A stretch of 64,000 nucleotides of DNA from Vitrella brassicaformis CCMP3155 (GCA_001179505.1 CDMY01000571.1:1-64000); one strand, 5' to 3'. Positions 40,293 through 52,546 are shown, numbered from the stretch's first letter. The notes: generated by a model from the letters alone, not told the origin. Translations and numbers: made by a program.

Positions 40293-40668
40293 GTGTCTGT
40301 CTGTGTGTCTGTGTACCTGATTGTGATTTGAGTTTGGGCAGTGTTTCTTGGATGGCCTGGAAAGGGTCCTCGATGTTCTTGAGAGCTTCTTGGATGGCAC
40401 TCGAGAGGAAGTCCATGTCCTCCTGCATCACACAATCACACAACACATCAAAGCATCTTGCATCTTGCGTGTGTGTGTGTGTGGTGTGAGTGCAGCACCT
40501 GCGACATTCGCCGGACGTCTGTCGTGCCATCTGTACACCACCACCGCACCATGATGACAGACAGATTCACACGCTTGCGTGCATGTGCATCTAAGTGTTT
40601 GTGGGTGCAGCCTTACCTGTGTGTCGGAGGGACCACTTGAGCAGCCCGGGCCAATTGATGTTCGACAT
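38816..40668 (-). CDS. FES1: Hsp70 nucleotide exchange factor, Fes1/HspBP1 family
   Basis: Diagnostic N-terminus MSNINWPGLLKWSLRHT|DGTTDVRRMSQ|EDMDFL, followed by armadillo-type helices (LAHNPEIQE, RFRALSALAALTRHF). Confidence 0.9.
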
Positions 40669-40824
40669 CCTCGCGCAAGGAGCCGGGATGGACACACTGC
40701 AGACTGGATCTGATACCTCCCTTTGGCTGCTGACAGAACTGCCAGATTGAGCAGATCTCCTTCCAAAGCGCCTCTTTTGCGAGCTTAGCTGGACGATCCG
40801 AGCTGCGAGAAGCGGCGCGACGCG

Positions 40825-41869
40825 ATGACAGAGAGCGTCGATGAGCTACTCGACATGCTTGATGAATGCCTACAAGAAAGACCACATCTACCGACAAAAA
40901 ACAGAGGCCCCAATTGCGCGACGTCATCCGGCAGAAAGAAGGAGGCTGTCGAAGCAGCTGCCGACTCATCTCAGGCATCTGTGGCCGCCAGGCAGCCGTG
41001 TGCACCCTCTGCTGTGGATCAGCTGCTATCGGAGCTGGCCCTCGCGTCGGATGACGCACTACAAGAGGGCCGTCCACTGCACTCCCTTGATGAATTCCGC
41101 ACGTGAGGCGTGTCATGCACACACTGGAGACATATGTATGCCGATGATCTTGCACTGTGCGTCCTTTGTGCGCCAGGTCCCCAATTCGTTGCGATCCCCC
41201 CATGCTGGGAGGTGAGTGAGAGGGTCTCCCCCATGGCACGCTAGGTGTCCCGGGCCATGGAGTGACGGCCCACGTTGTCTGTCTACTGCAGGTTCATCTT
41301 GTCGTAGGGGCCTGTCCTCTCGGGCCGCCGCGTCGCAGGGAGCAGCAAACGGACAGGCCGATACGTGCTGTGACAACATGAGGTGCGGGAGACGCCATCA
41401 TTGATAGAGCTCTGACATGTGTGTGACCTGTATGCTGTGGTCAGGTGTCTGGCCTGCGACAAACAGGTGCTGCAGTTCTCCGGCGTCGCGTGGTCCGGGT
41501 GAGTGATGAAGCCCCACGCCACACACACACACACACACACATTCCCTGGTCGAACGATGCAGGCGTGTGGATTGCATGTTCTTTCGCAACCATCATCCCT
41601 CACGGGAGCGACTTAGCAAGGTGGGGAAGCCAGAACAGGCTCCTGTGTGATGTGTATCTGTTGTGCGTTTCATGAAGGGGTGGAGGGCGTCTCTTGTGGA
41701 CGTGTCGTACTGCTGTCAGTGCTCCTGGCTGACTGTCTCATCTCTCCTGCCTCTGTCCAGCAGGTACATACACGGGAGACCAGCACATGCGGTGTGCGTA
41801 TCATTTTTGGTGCGTGCTCGGTTGTGTGTCCACAGGCCTGAGCTGCGCTGGAGATGTTATGGCCATTAG
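40825..41869 (+). CDS. CFAP418: Cilia- and flagella-associated protein 418 (C8orf37-like)
   Basis: N-terminus VDELLDMLDECL. Spliced motifs CCDNMRCLACDKQVLQF, CMFFRNHHP, YCCQCSW and C-terminal LRWRCYGH-stop match the family pattern. Confidence 0.8.
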
Positions 41870-42110
41870 TGGCCCTTTTGGCTGACTTGCAGCCCTGTGT
41901 ATATGCATGTGTGTTCATGTGGGATTCGATACACTTGGGGAACAGGGTGTGGTGTGATTGGCAATAAAGCGCGCAAGTCAGTATATACATACACAGGGAG
42001 GGCTACAGGGCACCCACCGAGACTGTGTCACATTCACTGTCCGACACGACCAAACTCTACCGCAACAAAGCGTTCTCACACATAAATGCCTGCCTGGCTG
42101 GCTGGTGCCT

Positions 42111-43791
42111 TCATCCCGCCTTCTTCTCGCCCTCTTCCTTGCCTTTGCTCTCTTCGCTGTCTTTCTTCTCTCCGCCGCCTTCATCTGCGCTGTCTTTTCC
42201 CTCGCCTCTGTCTGTGTCTTGGCTCTCCTCTGTGCCTTTCCCCTGCTCAGTCGCCTGGGCACCTTCTCCCTTCTGCTCCGCTTCCGACTTCTCTTGCTGC
42301 TGCTGCTGCTGCTGGGGCGGCTGCTGCTGCTGTTGTTGCAGCTCCCTCGCCCTCTCTTCGACTTGTTTCCACAGCGGCACCGTCTCGGCGATTAGCCTTT
42401 CAGGGTCGGCGGACGTGAGCCCCTCACGCGGCGTGATGGGGTAGTTGCGGTCCTCTCCAGACATGCCGTTGATGTCCACCAGGTACCAGTCGGAGGCCTC
42501 GAAGTCCGGTGGCCGCATCATGCTGTCCCAAGACTTCTGATCAGGGGAAGGGGTGAACGACAAGTGGGGGTTCCTGACAGACAGACAGACAGACAGGCAA
42601 TCACACACAGACAGCAGAGGTGGATGGGTGAGTGGTCTGGCGGTCGGTCAGAGACCCACCTCAGTGTGAGTGACGCCTCAAATCTCAGCCGATGTGTCGC
42701 TTCACTTGGATCCGGAGAACCCAACACAACCTGCATTCACACGCACAAGGGGCCACAAGAGGATTCATCAAGCTGCTGCCATTTATTCAAACGCACAGGC
42801 AGGCCGCCTCACCTTTCTGTCTTTGGTCGCGACAGAGAAGATCTGGGACACGGTGACCTCACAGTCGACGAGAAGGAGGTTGCCCCTGTCGAGGATCTCC
42901 CGCACGTGTTCGGAACCCATGCCCTGCCTGGCCTTCTCCACGTCTGACTTTTCCTCCACTATGTGGTGACCTGAACACTCCACAGACAGGTCGGTCGTCA
43001 GGCAGAATGGTATGGTGCCGATCTGATGTGCTACTCGCTCACCGAAGACGGCGCGTATCCTTCGATCGCGCAGGGCTTCGCCACGCTGAGCACCTGGCGA
43101 GATGACGAATGCGACGCCCATCGAGAGATGTGACTGTCGGTGCGCGTGTGTGGTTGTGCCGGCCTTACCCATGATGAGAACGACCTTGTCTAGAGTGATC
43201 TTGTGCACCTTGAGGATCTCAAAATGCACCTGACACACACACACACACACAGACGGTGATAATGGGTCGGTCTGCGGTCTCTCTGCTCACACCTTGAATT
43301 CATTCTCCTTGACGATCCGCAGAACCTCCTCGAACGGTCTGCACAGGGTGTTCTCGAGGCAGTCCTGCAATAAGACGCATGCACTCATCGTGATGTCAGG
43401 TCCCTTCCCTCTCCTTCAAAATTGACACACACCGAGAGGGCGTCAACATCTGCACTCGACAGCTTGTCCGCCAGGAACCTCAAGGCGCCTTCTGCGCCCC
43501 GTGGGAGGTCCTCGTCGAAGGACCGAAAAGTCTGTGGCGCCATCACCGCCAGCTCCTTCTTGATCAGATGGCGCTGCATCATCAAGCTAAGGGTCCTGAA
43601 AGCAGCAAAAAGAGGAAGAGAGCGGGTCATTCAACGCAGTGCCCATGCTGACGTGATCAGATCTTGACTTACTTGAGCCATCCTCGTGGCGTGACACTCA
43701 TTCCCGCTGCGAGAGCTCGGAGCGGCTCCACACTCGTGGCGGCGGAGCAGAAAAACCGCCTCGCCGGCAAGCATGCCCTCATTCGCTTCAT
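42111..43791 (-). CDS. Putative mitochondrial Tim44-like domain protein (MAIP1/Mba1-like)
   Basis: A presequence-like start (MKRMRACLPARRFFCSAATS) is followed by spliced FDEDLPRGAEGALRFLADKLSSADVDAL and DWYLVDIN, then a polyQ/acidic tail. The domain call rests on motif resemblance only. Confidence 0.55.
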
Positions 43792-44272
43792 TTTCGAGTG
43801 TCATCAACGCAAACCGCCAGCGTAGGCATTGTTCATGCTGATGAATGCAAGGCGGCAAAGATTTCCTCCGGCAGCAGCGGTTTCAGGGAGCACCCTAGGC
43901 GGCCTTGCGAGCTTATCAGGCGATCATCCTTATATGGTGGTGGTGGTTGCGTTAACGGGGACCTTGCCCATATGAATTTTAAAACCCGGGTTTCCTCTAC
44001 CTGGAATTCCGATGTGTGTAGGCAGCGCATGCGAGAGCTGTTTTCGTTAAGCAAAACTAGACAGCATGTCCTCGCTTCTGATGGCGTTTCCATGCTGTCG
44101 GCAGCCACAAAGGGAGGAAAAAAGGAAAACGTTTGGTGAGCCTTAGGGCATGCGTAAAAGTGTGTGGTGACTGTGTGGAGAAGATGGTGAAGCAATCGAG
44201 GAGAGGTGAGCCGTAGCGTTGCGTTGACACTGAACGCTGCTCTGGGGTGAAATCGGACTCGAAATCGGGAAC

Positions 44273-44819
44273 GTGGCGAGGGCTGCGCGTTCAGTGACTC
44301 TGGCAATCGAAGGGAAGGGTGGTTCGGAGTTCTGTTGCATCTGTGTGCGCGTGGTTACGTGTGTGTCTTCGGGTGTGAAGAGGACACGTGGAGAGGCGGA
44401 CGAGGAGGCGGAGGAGGTCGAGACGAGAGCTTCGCGGCAGCTGCGTTTGTCCGTCGAGGGGGTGTTGAGGCGGCCGCAGGTGCGAGTCTTCTTCCCGGGA
44501 GACAGGAACAGGCTGACACGGGTGCTCCGTCGGCTGGCCTTCCCTCTGACCGTTGTGCGACAGCCTGGCGACGGGGACTGCTTCTTTCACTCTCTCAGTT
44601 ATCACATCTATGTGTTCGAGGGCCAGCGATTCAGCCCTCGGGAGCTGAGACGGACAGCGCTGGAGCGTTTAGAGCTCAGAGACGTCAGTGGACGGACCGT
44701 CTTCGACACGGCTCGGTGGCGAGTGGGAAGCCTGGAGGCGCCTAGCGACGTGCTGTTCAAGACCTGGTTCCCGAACGCCTTGACGAAGCTTCGGCGGATG
44801 GTGGCGGACGATTCGGCGG
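44273..44819 (+). pseudogene. OTU-like cysteine protease segment, copy 1 (cut by gap)
   Basis: Contains PGDGDCFFHSLS and is near-identical to 45300-45846. Confidence 0.7.
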
Positions 44820-45119
44820 NNNNNNNNNNNNNNNNNNNNNNNNNNNNNNNNNNNNNNNNNNNNNNNNNNNNNNNNNNNNNNNNNNNNNNNNNNNNNNNNN
44901 NNNNNNNNNNNNNNNNNNNNNNNNNNNNNNNNNNNNNNNNNNNNNNNNNNNNNNNNNNNNNNNNNNNNNNNNNNNNNNNNNNNNNNNNNNNNNNNNNNNN
45001 NNNNNNNNNNNNNNNNNNNNNNNNNNNNNNNNNNNNNNNNNNNNNNNNNNNNNNNNNNNNNNNNNNNNNNNNNNNNNNNNNNNNNNNNNNNNNNNNNNNN
45101 NNNNNNNNNNNNNNNNNNN
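44820..45119. other. Assembly gap (300 N)
   Basis: N run. Confidence 0.99.
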
Positions 45120-45299
45120 TTGTCAGCAGTCAAACAAAAGGAGGGAAAAAGGAAAACGTTTGGTGAGCCTTAGGGCATGCGTAAAAGTGTGTGGTGACTG
45201 TGTGGAGAAGATGGTGAAGCAATCGACGAGAGGTGAGCCGTAGCGTTGCGTTGACACTGAACGCTGCTCTGGGGTGAAATCGGACTCGAAATCGGGAAC

Positions 45300-46901
45300 G
45301 TGGCGAGGGCTGCGCGTTCAGTGACTCTGGCAATCGAAGGGAAGGGTGGTTCGGAGTTCTGTTGCATCTGTGTGCGCGTGGTTACGTGTGTGTCTTCGGG
45401 TGTGAAGAGGACACGTGGAGAGGCGGACGAGGAGGCGGAGGAGGTCGAGACGAGAGCTTCGCGGCAGCTGCGTTTGTCCGTCGAGGGGGTGTTGAGGCGG
45501 CCGCAGGTGCGAGTCTTCTTCCCGGGAGACAGGAACAGGCTGACACTGGTGCTCCGTCGGCTGGCCTTCCCTCTGACCGTTGTGCGACAGCCTGGCGACG
45601 GGGACTGCTTCTTTCACTCTCTCAGTTATCACATCTATGTGTTCGAGGGCCAGCGATTCAGCCCTCGGGAGCTGAGACGGACAGCGCTGGAGCGTTTAGA
45701 GCTCAGAGACGTCAGTGGACGGACCGTCTTCGACACGGCTCGGTGGCGAGTGGGAAGCCTGGAGGCGCCTAGCGACGTGCTGTTCAAGACCTGGTTCCCG
45801 AACGCCTTGACGAAGCTTCGGCGGATGGTGGCGGACGATTCGGCGGTCCGAGCAGGATGGATGGCGGTCGCCTGGGCAGAGGAGGACGTGGTGGCAGCGG
45901 TGTGCCTCGCGCTGGGATACAGCTGCATCTCGCTGGTGTACAGCGTCATGGAACAGGCGTTGATGACGCAGTTCCCGTGGAACCCGGTGGCTTCAACGAC
46001 TGCCGATGCGTTCCACTGCCAGTCGAGGGCGTTCTGTCCGTCGACCACCCTGACTGTGCTGAACTACGAGAACACACACTTCGACTACCTGAAGTGGAGT
46101 GCCCCGGCACCTGTATCTTCGACTCGCAGCGCAGGAGTCGGGCAGTCAGTGGGGAGCGGCGTGACGGTTGGCGGGGGGAGCGACGAGCCGAGCAGGTCGG
46201 GCATGGGACAGAGCAGCACGACGAGCGACGGTGAAGGGAAGGAGACGCACCCAGCCATGTCGGTCGAGAGTGGCGCCGAGGCAGCCAAGATGGATACGTC
46301 GCCCGATGAGCCAGGTGTGGAAAGAGAGAAGGGGCGAGATGGTGGCTGGGGCATGCATGCATGAACGATGTGTGTGCTCATGGTTGCTGGGTAGGTCGTG
46401 TCGAGATCTGTTCCGTGTCTGTCCATCTATTTGCGCAAGCACTCGTGTATGAGTACAAGGCGATGGTGAAGATGAACGCGGGTGTGGCGACACTCCTATG
46501 GGATCGGGAGGCGGGCGCGTTCTGTGTGAGGGCGGGTGGTCCAGCGAGGGTGTTTCGAGCCGCTCAGCCGCAGCGGGCAGACATACAATCGGCGTTTGAG
46601 GTTGCCAGAACAGCTTACGAGGCTTCGTTCTTTTGACTCACCGGGCAGTCGCCGATCGCTGCGCTGCAGGACGGTAGCGGGGCCGAGCTGGACGAAGGCG
46701 AGGCGAAGCGGCTGGCTGAGGGCCTCATCCGAAGCGAGCTCATGTATCCCGGCGTGCGCCTGGCCGAGAACTGCTGGAGCGACGGGTTCTCCTGTGAGCT
46801 GTGCATAGTGAGATGGACCGTAATGAAGAAGAGGTATTGTTTCGAGCTCGAGCTGGTGCTTCCGGACCGAAGAGTGGAGAAGCACTGGCTATGGCCCTTC
46901 A
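45300..46901 (+). pseudogene. OTU protease exon plus second exon, copy 2, with a premature stop
   Basis: The OTU motifs GDGDCFF...W...HFDYL are complete. The next exon has TGA at 46634-46636 where copy 3 has AGA. Confidence 0.75.
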
Positions 46902-47201
46902 NNNNNNNNNNNNNNNNNNNNNNNNNNNNNNNNNNNNNNNNNNNNNNNNNNNNNNNNNNNNNNNNNNNNNNNNNNNNNNNNNNNNNNNNNNNNNNNNNNN
47001 NNNNNNNNNNNNNNNNNNNNNNNNNNNNNNNNNNNNNNNNNNNNNNNNNNNNNNNNNNNNNNNNNNNNNNNNNNNNNNNNNNNNNNNNNNNNNNNNNNNN
47101 NNNNNNNNNNNNNNNNNNNNNNNNNNNNNNNNNNNNNNNNNNNNNNNNNNNNNNNNNNNNNNNNNNNNNNNNNNNNNNNNNNNNNNNNNNNNNNNNNNNN
47201 N
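46902..47201. other. Assembly gap (300 N)
   Basis: N run. Confidence 0.99.
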
Positions 47202-50200
47202 ATCACATCTATGTGTTCGAGGGCCAGCGATTCAGCCCTCGGGAGCTGAGACGGACAGCGCTGGAGCGTTTAGAGCTCAGAGACGTCAGTGGACGGACCG
47301 TCTTCGACACGGCTCGGTGGCGAGTGGGAAGCCTGGAGGCGCCTAGCGACGTGCTGTTCAAGACCTGGTTCCCGAACGCCTTGACGAAGCTTCGGCGGAT
47401 GGTGGCGGACGATTCGGCGGTCCGAGCAGGATGGATGGCGGTCGCCTGGGCAGAGGAGGACGTGGTGGCGGCGGTCTGCCTCGCGCTGGGATACAGCTGC
47501 ATCTCGCTGGTGTATAGCGTCACAGAACAGGCGTTGATGACGCAGTTCCTGTGGAACCCGGTGGCTTCAACGACTGCCGATGCCTTCCACTGCCAGTCGA
47601 GGGCGTTCTGTCCGTCGACCACCCTGACTGTGCTGAACTACGAGAACACACACTTCGACTACTTGAAGTGGAGTGCCCCGGCTCCTGTATCGTCGACTCG
47701 CAGCGTAGGAGTCGGGCAGTCAGTGGGGAGCGGCATGACGGTCGGCGGGGGGAGCGGCGAGCCGAGCACGTCGGGAATGGGACAGAGCAGCACGATGAAC
47801 GACGGTGAAACGAAGGAGACGCACCCAGCCGTGTCGGTTGAGAGTGGCGCCGAGGCAGGCAAGATGGATACGTCGCCCGATGAGCCAGGTGTGGAAAGAG
47901 AGAAGGGGCGAGATGGTGGCTGGGGCATGCATGCATGAACGATGTGTGTGCTCATGGTTGCTGGGTAGGTCGTGTCGAGATCTGTTCCGTGTCTGTCCAT
48001 CTATTTGCGCAAGCACTCGTGTATGAGTACAAGGTGATGGTGAAGATGAACGCGGGTGTGGCGACACTCTTATGGGATCGGGAGGCGGGCGCGTTCTGTG
48101 TGAGGGCCGGGGGTCCAGCGAGGGTGTTTCGAGCCGTCCAGCCGCAGCGGGCAGACATACATTCGGCGTTCGAGGTTGCCAGAACAGCTTACGAGGCGTC
48201 GTTCGCCAGACTCACCGGGCAGTCACCGATCGCTGCGCTGCAGGAGGATAGCGGCGCCGAGCTGGACGAAGGAGAGACGAAGCGGCTGGCTGAGGGCCTC
48301 ATCCGGAGCGAGCTCATGTATCCCGGCGTGCGCATGGCAGAGAACTGCTGGAGCGACGGCTTCTCCTGTGAGCTGTGCTCAATGAGGTGGACCGTAATGA
48401 GAAAGAGCGAGGGGTACTGCTTCATGCTCGCGCTGGTGCTTCCGGACCGAAGAGTGGAGAAGCACTGGCTACGGCCTTTCACCGGAGCGTTGGGCAGCAT
48501 GGCAGCGCCAAGTCAGAAAGGCTTTCGCAGGGGGGCGGTCCGTGGTGCGTTCCTCGCCTTGCTGGACCAGAAGCGGCTCTTCATGCAGGCTCACTACCCA
48601 GGTAGGTGTGGTGGTGAGCCCAACGGCACATGCCAGCTGTGATTGTGTGCTGTGGTGGTGCAGACAGCTGGAAATGTAATCAGCCCCTGCTGGACCCCTC
48701 GCGCACCTTTCCGAAGCAACTTTGGCTCGGTCCTCGAGTGCAATGCCAGCACTGCAAGGCGTGGGTGTGGAAGAGCGAGGGGAGCTCATTCTGCTGCGAA
48801 GGTGGCCGGGCAGTGCTTGAGCCTCTGCCGTGGGCGAACGACTTCAAGGCGCTGATGTCGGATCCTACCTTTGGGCCTGAGCTGCGGAAGAACAGCCGGT
48901 GGTACAACAACACGTTCTCGATGACGGCGATGGGCTTTCACGCGCGCTCCAGCGTGGCCCTGTCGTTTCCTCCCGGCTTCAGTGAGGTGCAGATGTGTGG
49001 ACGCGTGTACCACCGCGTGCTGTCGGCGGAAGAGCAGCCTCTGGTGTGGATGGTCTACGAGACTCCTCGGGCGGACGAGGAGCGCACCAAGCGCATCAAG
49101 ACGATAGCTGGAGTGGAGGGGGCGACAAAGGGGAGGAGTCAGCGGGTGTTGATGGTCCAGCAGCTGGTCGATCGGCTGCATCTGATGCTGCTCAAGGAGA
49201 ACCCGTTCGTTCGGCAGCTGCGCATGTTCGGCGAGATTGCGCAAGCGGAGGGCTGTCAGGTCGTCCTGGAGTTCCAGTACAGGCCACATCCAGACGAGGT
49301 CTGCGTGCTGCTGCCGGACTCCCCTGCCTATGACCCGTGCGAGCGGCTCGTGTGCATCCGTCCCTACAGACGGACCACCACCGGCCACGACGAAGACTTC
49401 GTTGACTGCAAGAGCCCGGCCTACGAGTCGCTGCAGTACCCGCTCATTTTCCAGAAGGGGTGGCTGGGCTGGTGTCCGTCGATGCCTCTGTCGTCCAGGT
49501 AAGTGGGGAGCGACGGGAAGGCGGACGGTTCGATTTGTTGGGTGAATGGTCGTGTCGGTGTGCTGTGTGTGGCGGCAGGACGGGCAACGATTACTTCGAC
49601 GACGTGGAGCTCGACCAGGTTATCAATCGACGTTTCTACACCCGGGCGTTTCGCGAGGACGACATCACGAGCGGTGAGCTGAAGCCCAGCGATAAGTACT
49701 GGACCTCGATGCGCTACGCGCGTCAGCGGCTGCTCAAGGAGCCCCTCGTGCACCTCATGCCCCGCCTCGGCCAGGAGTACCTGATCGATCTGTGCGCGCG
49801 AATGGAGGACGAGCGGCTCCAGTACCACCGTCGGCACCAGCTGCGGCTTTGCACGCTGTCTGAGCTGGAGAGGCAGCAGCATCCCCTGACGCGGCAGCTG
49901 CAGGAGGAGCTCGCCTCGGAGGGGATCGACTTCGAGTCGCAACCCAAGGCCGGCTATATCTACATGCCTGGCAGCTTCCTGGGCGGGCCTCGCTACTTTC
50001 GGTGGCGTCTGCGCGACGCCCTGGCGCTAGCGGGCAAGTTCGGCAAACCGTCTCTGTTCATCACGATGACGTGCAACGACAAGTGGGACGAGATCGTCAA
50101 TGCGATTGAGCCAGGTACGTGTGGAGACACAGAAACGGCGGCTACGCGGATGTGTACGTATACATGTGTGTGTGATGTGGGTGCTTCTGTGTGCGTTTGC

Positions 50201-50270
50201 AGGCCAGACCGCCTACGACCGTCCCGACATCTCATCTCGCGTGTTCTATGAGAAGCAGAAGGCGCTGCTT
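47202..50270 (+). CDS. Helitron OTU-linker-Rep spliced ORF, copy 3 (5' end in gap, 3' truncated)
   Basis: Four GT-AG introns (about 47889, 48602, 49499 and 50115) each keep frame from the OTU C-terminus through the Zn-binding motif into Rep motif 1. Homology stops after RVFYEKQKALL. Confidence 0.75.
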
Positions 50271-51977
50271 TCCCGCTCGCAGGGGGACAGAGGATCAGCG
50301 AATGGACAGGAAACCGTCCGCCTCCCTGCCCCTCTCCCACCCGCCCGTCCTGCCTTCCCCCTGTATGTACGTGTCTGTCTCTCTCTGGTTACCTGCACGA
50401 CGGGAATCATCTTGAACGCCTTGGTCATGTCGATCTCGCTCATCTTGGTGGCCGCGTTGAGGAAGATGTGTTCTCTGGCGTGCGGGCCGTGGCTGGCGAT
50501 GTTCTTGATGTCCTCGGCGGTGATCTTCTCCTCGTTCTTGNNNNNNNNNNNNNNNNNNNNNNNNNNNNNNNNNNNNNNNNNNNNNNNNNNNNNNNNNNNN
50601 NNNNNNNNNNNNNNNNNNNNNNNNNNNNNNNNNNNNNNNNNNNNNNNNNNNNNNNNNNNNNNNNNNNNNNNNNNNNNNNNNNNNNNNNNNNNNNNNNNNN
50701 NNNNNNNNNNNNNNNNNNNNNNNNNNNNNNNNNNNNNNNNNNNNNNNNNNNNNNNNNNNNNNNNNNNNNNNNNNNNNNNNNNNNNNNNNNNNNNNNNNNN
50801 NNNNNNNNNNNNNNNNNNNNNNNNNNNNNNNNNNNNNNNNATACACAGGCGTATACACAGATACACAACACAGGTGTACGCGTCAGTGATAGCTTCTCTG
50901 CCTAGCTGCCCTGCTCCCGCGCTCACGTGGCGTGTGATGACGCAGCTGTCGCAGGAGTACTGTGCGCCGACTTTGTAGTCCTTAGCGTTGACGGCCCTCA
51001 CCACGGCATCCATCGTGCCCCCATCCCACATCCCCACCATGGAGTTCTTGACGTGCTCCACTCTGTCCACCACCACAACAGGGGCAGGGCAGGCCTCCAG
51101 ACGCTCGGCGAGCAGCAGGTCCCGAACCGCTTTGGCCTCGTCCGACTCGTCGATGTCGGCCGGCAGCGATGCGCTGGGGATGCCGATGTCCTGTCGCACC
51201 TCCTCCTGCACACACAGACGCATAGATGCGTGTGGAGAGGAGGCACGAGAGACCCTACGTACCTCGTCTTCAACTGCCTCGTCATCTGCGGACTGCCCAG
51301 CCTGCCCCTCAGCAACGCGTCCTGCACACAGCACAGCCAACGAGCTGCGCAGTGTCGAACCGTTCGTTTCTCTCCCGATTCCTCCTTGTACCTCTCTTGC
51401 GCTGGCGCTCAGCGGCCTCCTTCAACTGTCGCTCCATCTCGTCGTACGTCTGCTCCCAGTCGGCCTTGGGCTCGTCCGACGCCGCCTGTGCAGGCGCCTC
51501 AGCGCAGGCTGCGTGCGACTGCCAGCGAGACACAGACAGACACACCCACCAACATGTGACATCCCCTCACCACTTACTGAGAGACACCTCCCTAGCTGCC
51601 ATCTCCTTACTCGCTTGAGGCGCTGCTGGTGTAGTCCCTTGCGCACGGCGCTGCTTGAAGCCGCCAACTCTCCTAGCAGCTGCGCGCCTCGCTCCGACGC
51701 CCAGGCCAGCGCCTTGCTGCGCTGGTTCATGCAGGGACGGACCTTATCGATCTCCTCAGCGAGTCGACACACCTGCAGGACACACACCTCACACACCAGC
51801 ACTTGCCTCCCTCCGAATGGTGTTCGGGTTCCGTGGTCCGCTCACCCCTGCCAGGTCATCACAGCGCACTGCCCGGTTATAGTCGCTGATCAGCGCCGCC
51901 AGCTGCTCCAGGTCCTCACCACCAGCTCCTTCTGCCACTTCTTTTGCGGCCTTCTCTGGGCTCTTCTGGTCACTCAT
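50246..51977 (-). CDS. Hypothetical multi-exon protein, interrupted by a gap and apparently truncated at the Helitron junction
   Basis: In-phase GT-AG junctions link MSDQKSPEK..., VCRLAEEIDK..., SHAACAE..., EEVRQDIG... and, after the gap, KNEEKITAEDIKNIASHG. No recognisable domain. Confidence 0.55.
50541..50840. other. Assembly gap (300 N)
   Basis: N run. Confidence 0.99.
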
Positions 51978-52546
51978 GACTGCCGACAGATCTCAAGAAA
52001 TCTTGGCGAAGCTCAGAATCACAGTCACAGCCGAGACAGGCGTTCCTCGGCAGAAAAACAGCCACAGGCGTGCAGCGAGCAAGTCCCAATGATTCAGTGA
52101 AAGACTGCCGCCTCGATTCTCGACACCTGAACACACACACACCAGGAAATCATACTTCCCATAAAACCACACCTCTGCTCTATCCCCTTTTGCTGTTTTT
52201 CGCGCCTGCCTGCCCGAAGGGCAGGCACTCACGCCACTTGTCCTTCAGGAAACCGCTCTCCCCCTTCCATGAAACCGCCGCCTCTCTGTCTTCCAATCGC
52301 CTGTTTCCCCTGTTTGAACCGATTCAGGTGCGCGGAGGGGACTCCGAGGCGGAGAGGTTCGAGGGCACAGTGTACGACACTGTGTGTTGTTCTGTGTGCT
52401 TTCCAGGACATCTTCCTCCTTCGCTGATGTCGGTACAAGGGAAGACTGACTCGACACATCACAGGCTCATTGAGGTGCGAATGGGTGCACAGCGATAGAG
52501 AGGGCAGGAACCCCCTTTTGGTGTACTGTGTATGCAGGCCGCCTGA

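Larger units (their letters stand above)
43927..50270 (+). mobile_element. Truncated Helitron (rolling-circle transposon) region with OTU protease and Rep exons; 5' part present in three segments separated by gaps
   Basis: Helitron Rep N-terminal motifs are present: CQHCKAWVWKSE..FCCEGG, YNNTFSMTAMG, GRVYHR, YESLQYPLIF, MPGSFLGGPRY, GKPSLFITMTCNDKWDEI, DRPDISSRVF. The 5' boundary (A|TC at 43927) is only a candidate. No HUH motif, helicase or 3' CTRR is seen. Confidence 0.85.

Noticed and set aside
46742-47938. ORFs spanning N runs (398 aa, 364 aa, 297 aa and similar)
   Set aside because: They arise from translating through 300-N gaps, so their continuity is unsupported.
52025-52060. GCCGAG...CTCGGC hairpin as a possible Helitron 3' end
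   Set aside because: The stem is only 6 bp and no CTRR follows at a suitable distance.
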